From NCBI GenBank assembly GCA_000934665.2, contig KZ538002.1:1-64000 (forward strand): a stretch of DNA of 64,000 nt, read 5' to 3'. The DNA is from Catajapyx aquilonaris (taxonomy: Eukaryota). Position numbers and translations under genes: made by a program. Shown piece after piece: positions 63,999 through 64,000 of the stretch; within the stretch, counting starts at the first letter, position 1; each line of letters starts with the position of its first letter. A model generated the notes under the pieces. That model was not told where the DNA came from and did no database searches. It was given only the letters and a program-made list of their open reading frames with translations.

Positions 63999-64000
63999 CT

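Overview
Eukaryotic, intron-rich, transposon-rich genomic DNA, most likely arthropod (TTAGG repeats, insect-type DRE motifs, arthropod-like Dachsous tail); no prokaryotic features. Four spliced protein-coding genes can be built by hand: a FAXDC2-type fatty-acid/sterol hydroxylase (+, 10407-17869), an SLC6 Na+/Cl- dependent transporter (-, 36238-23792, 14 coding exons), Gemin8 (+, ~50003-60660) and the 3' end of the atypical cadherin dachsous (-, 64000-62739). Introns and intergenic DNA hold tRNA-derived SINEs of several families (many with clear TSDs), decayed Tc1/mariner copies, hAT, PIF/Harbinger, P-like and Transib-like MITEs, a non-autonomous Helitron, and many long inverted repeats. The most unusual observation is a tandem copy of the last ~64 dachsous codons directly behind the stop codon, diverged mostly at synonymous sites. 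Others are perfect palindromes built on TTAGG repeats inside a long-TIR element and a 3' tail module shared between SINE families. Gene names come from recognised motifs, not database searches.
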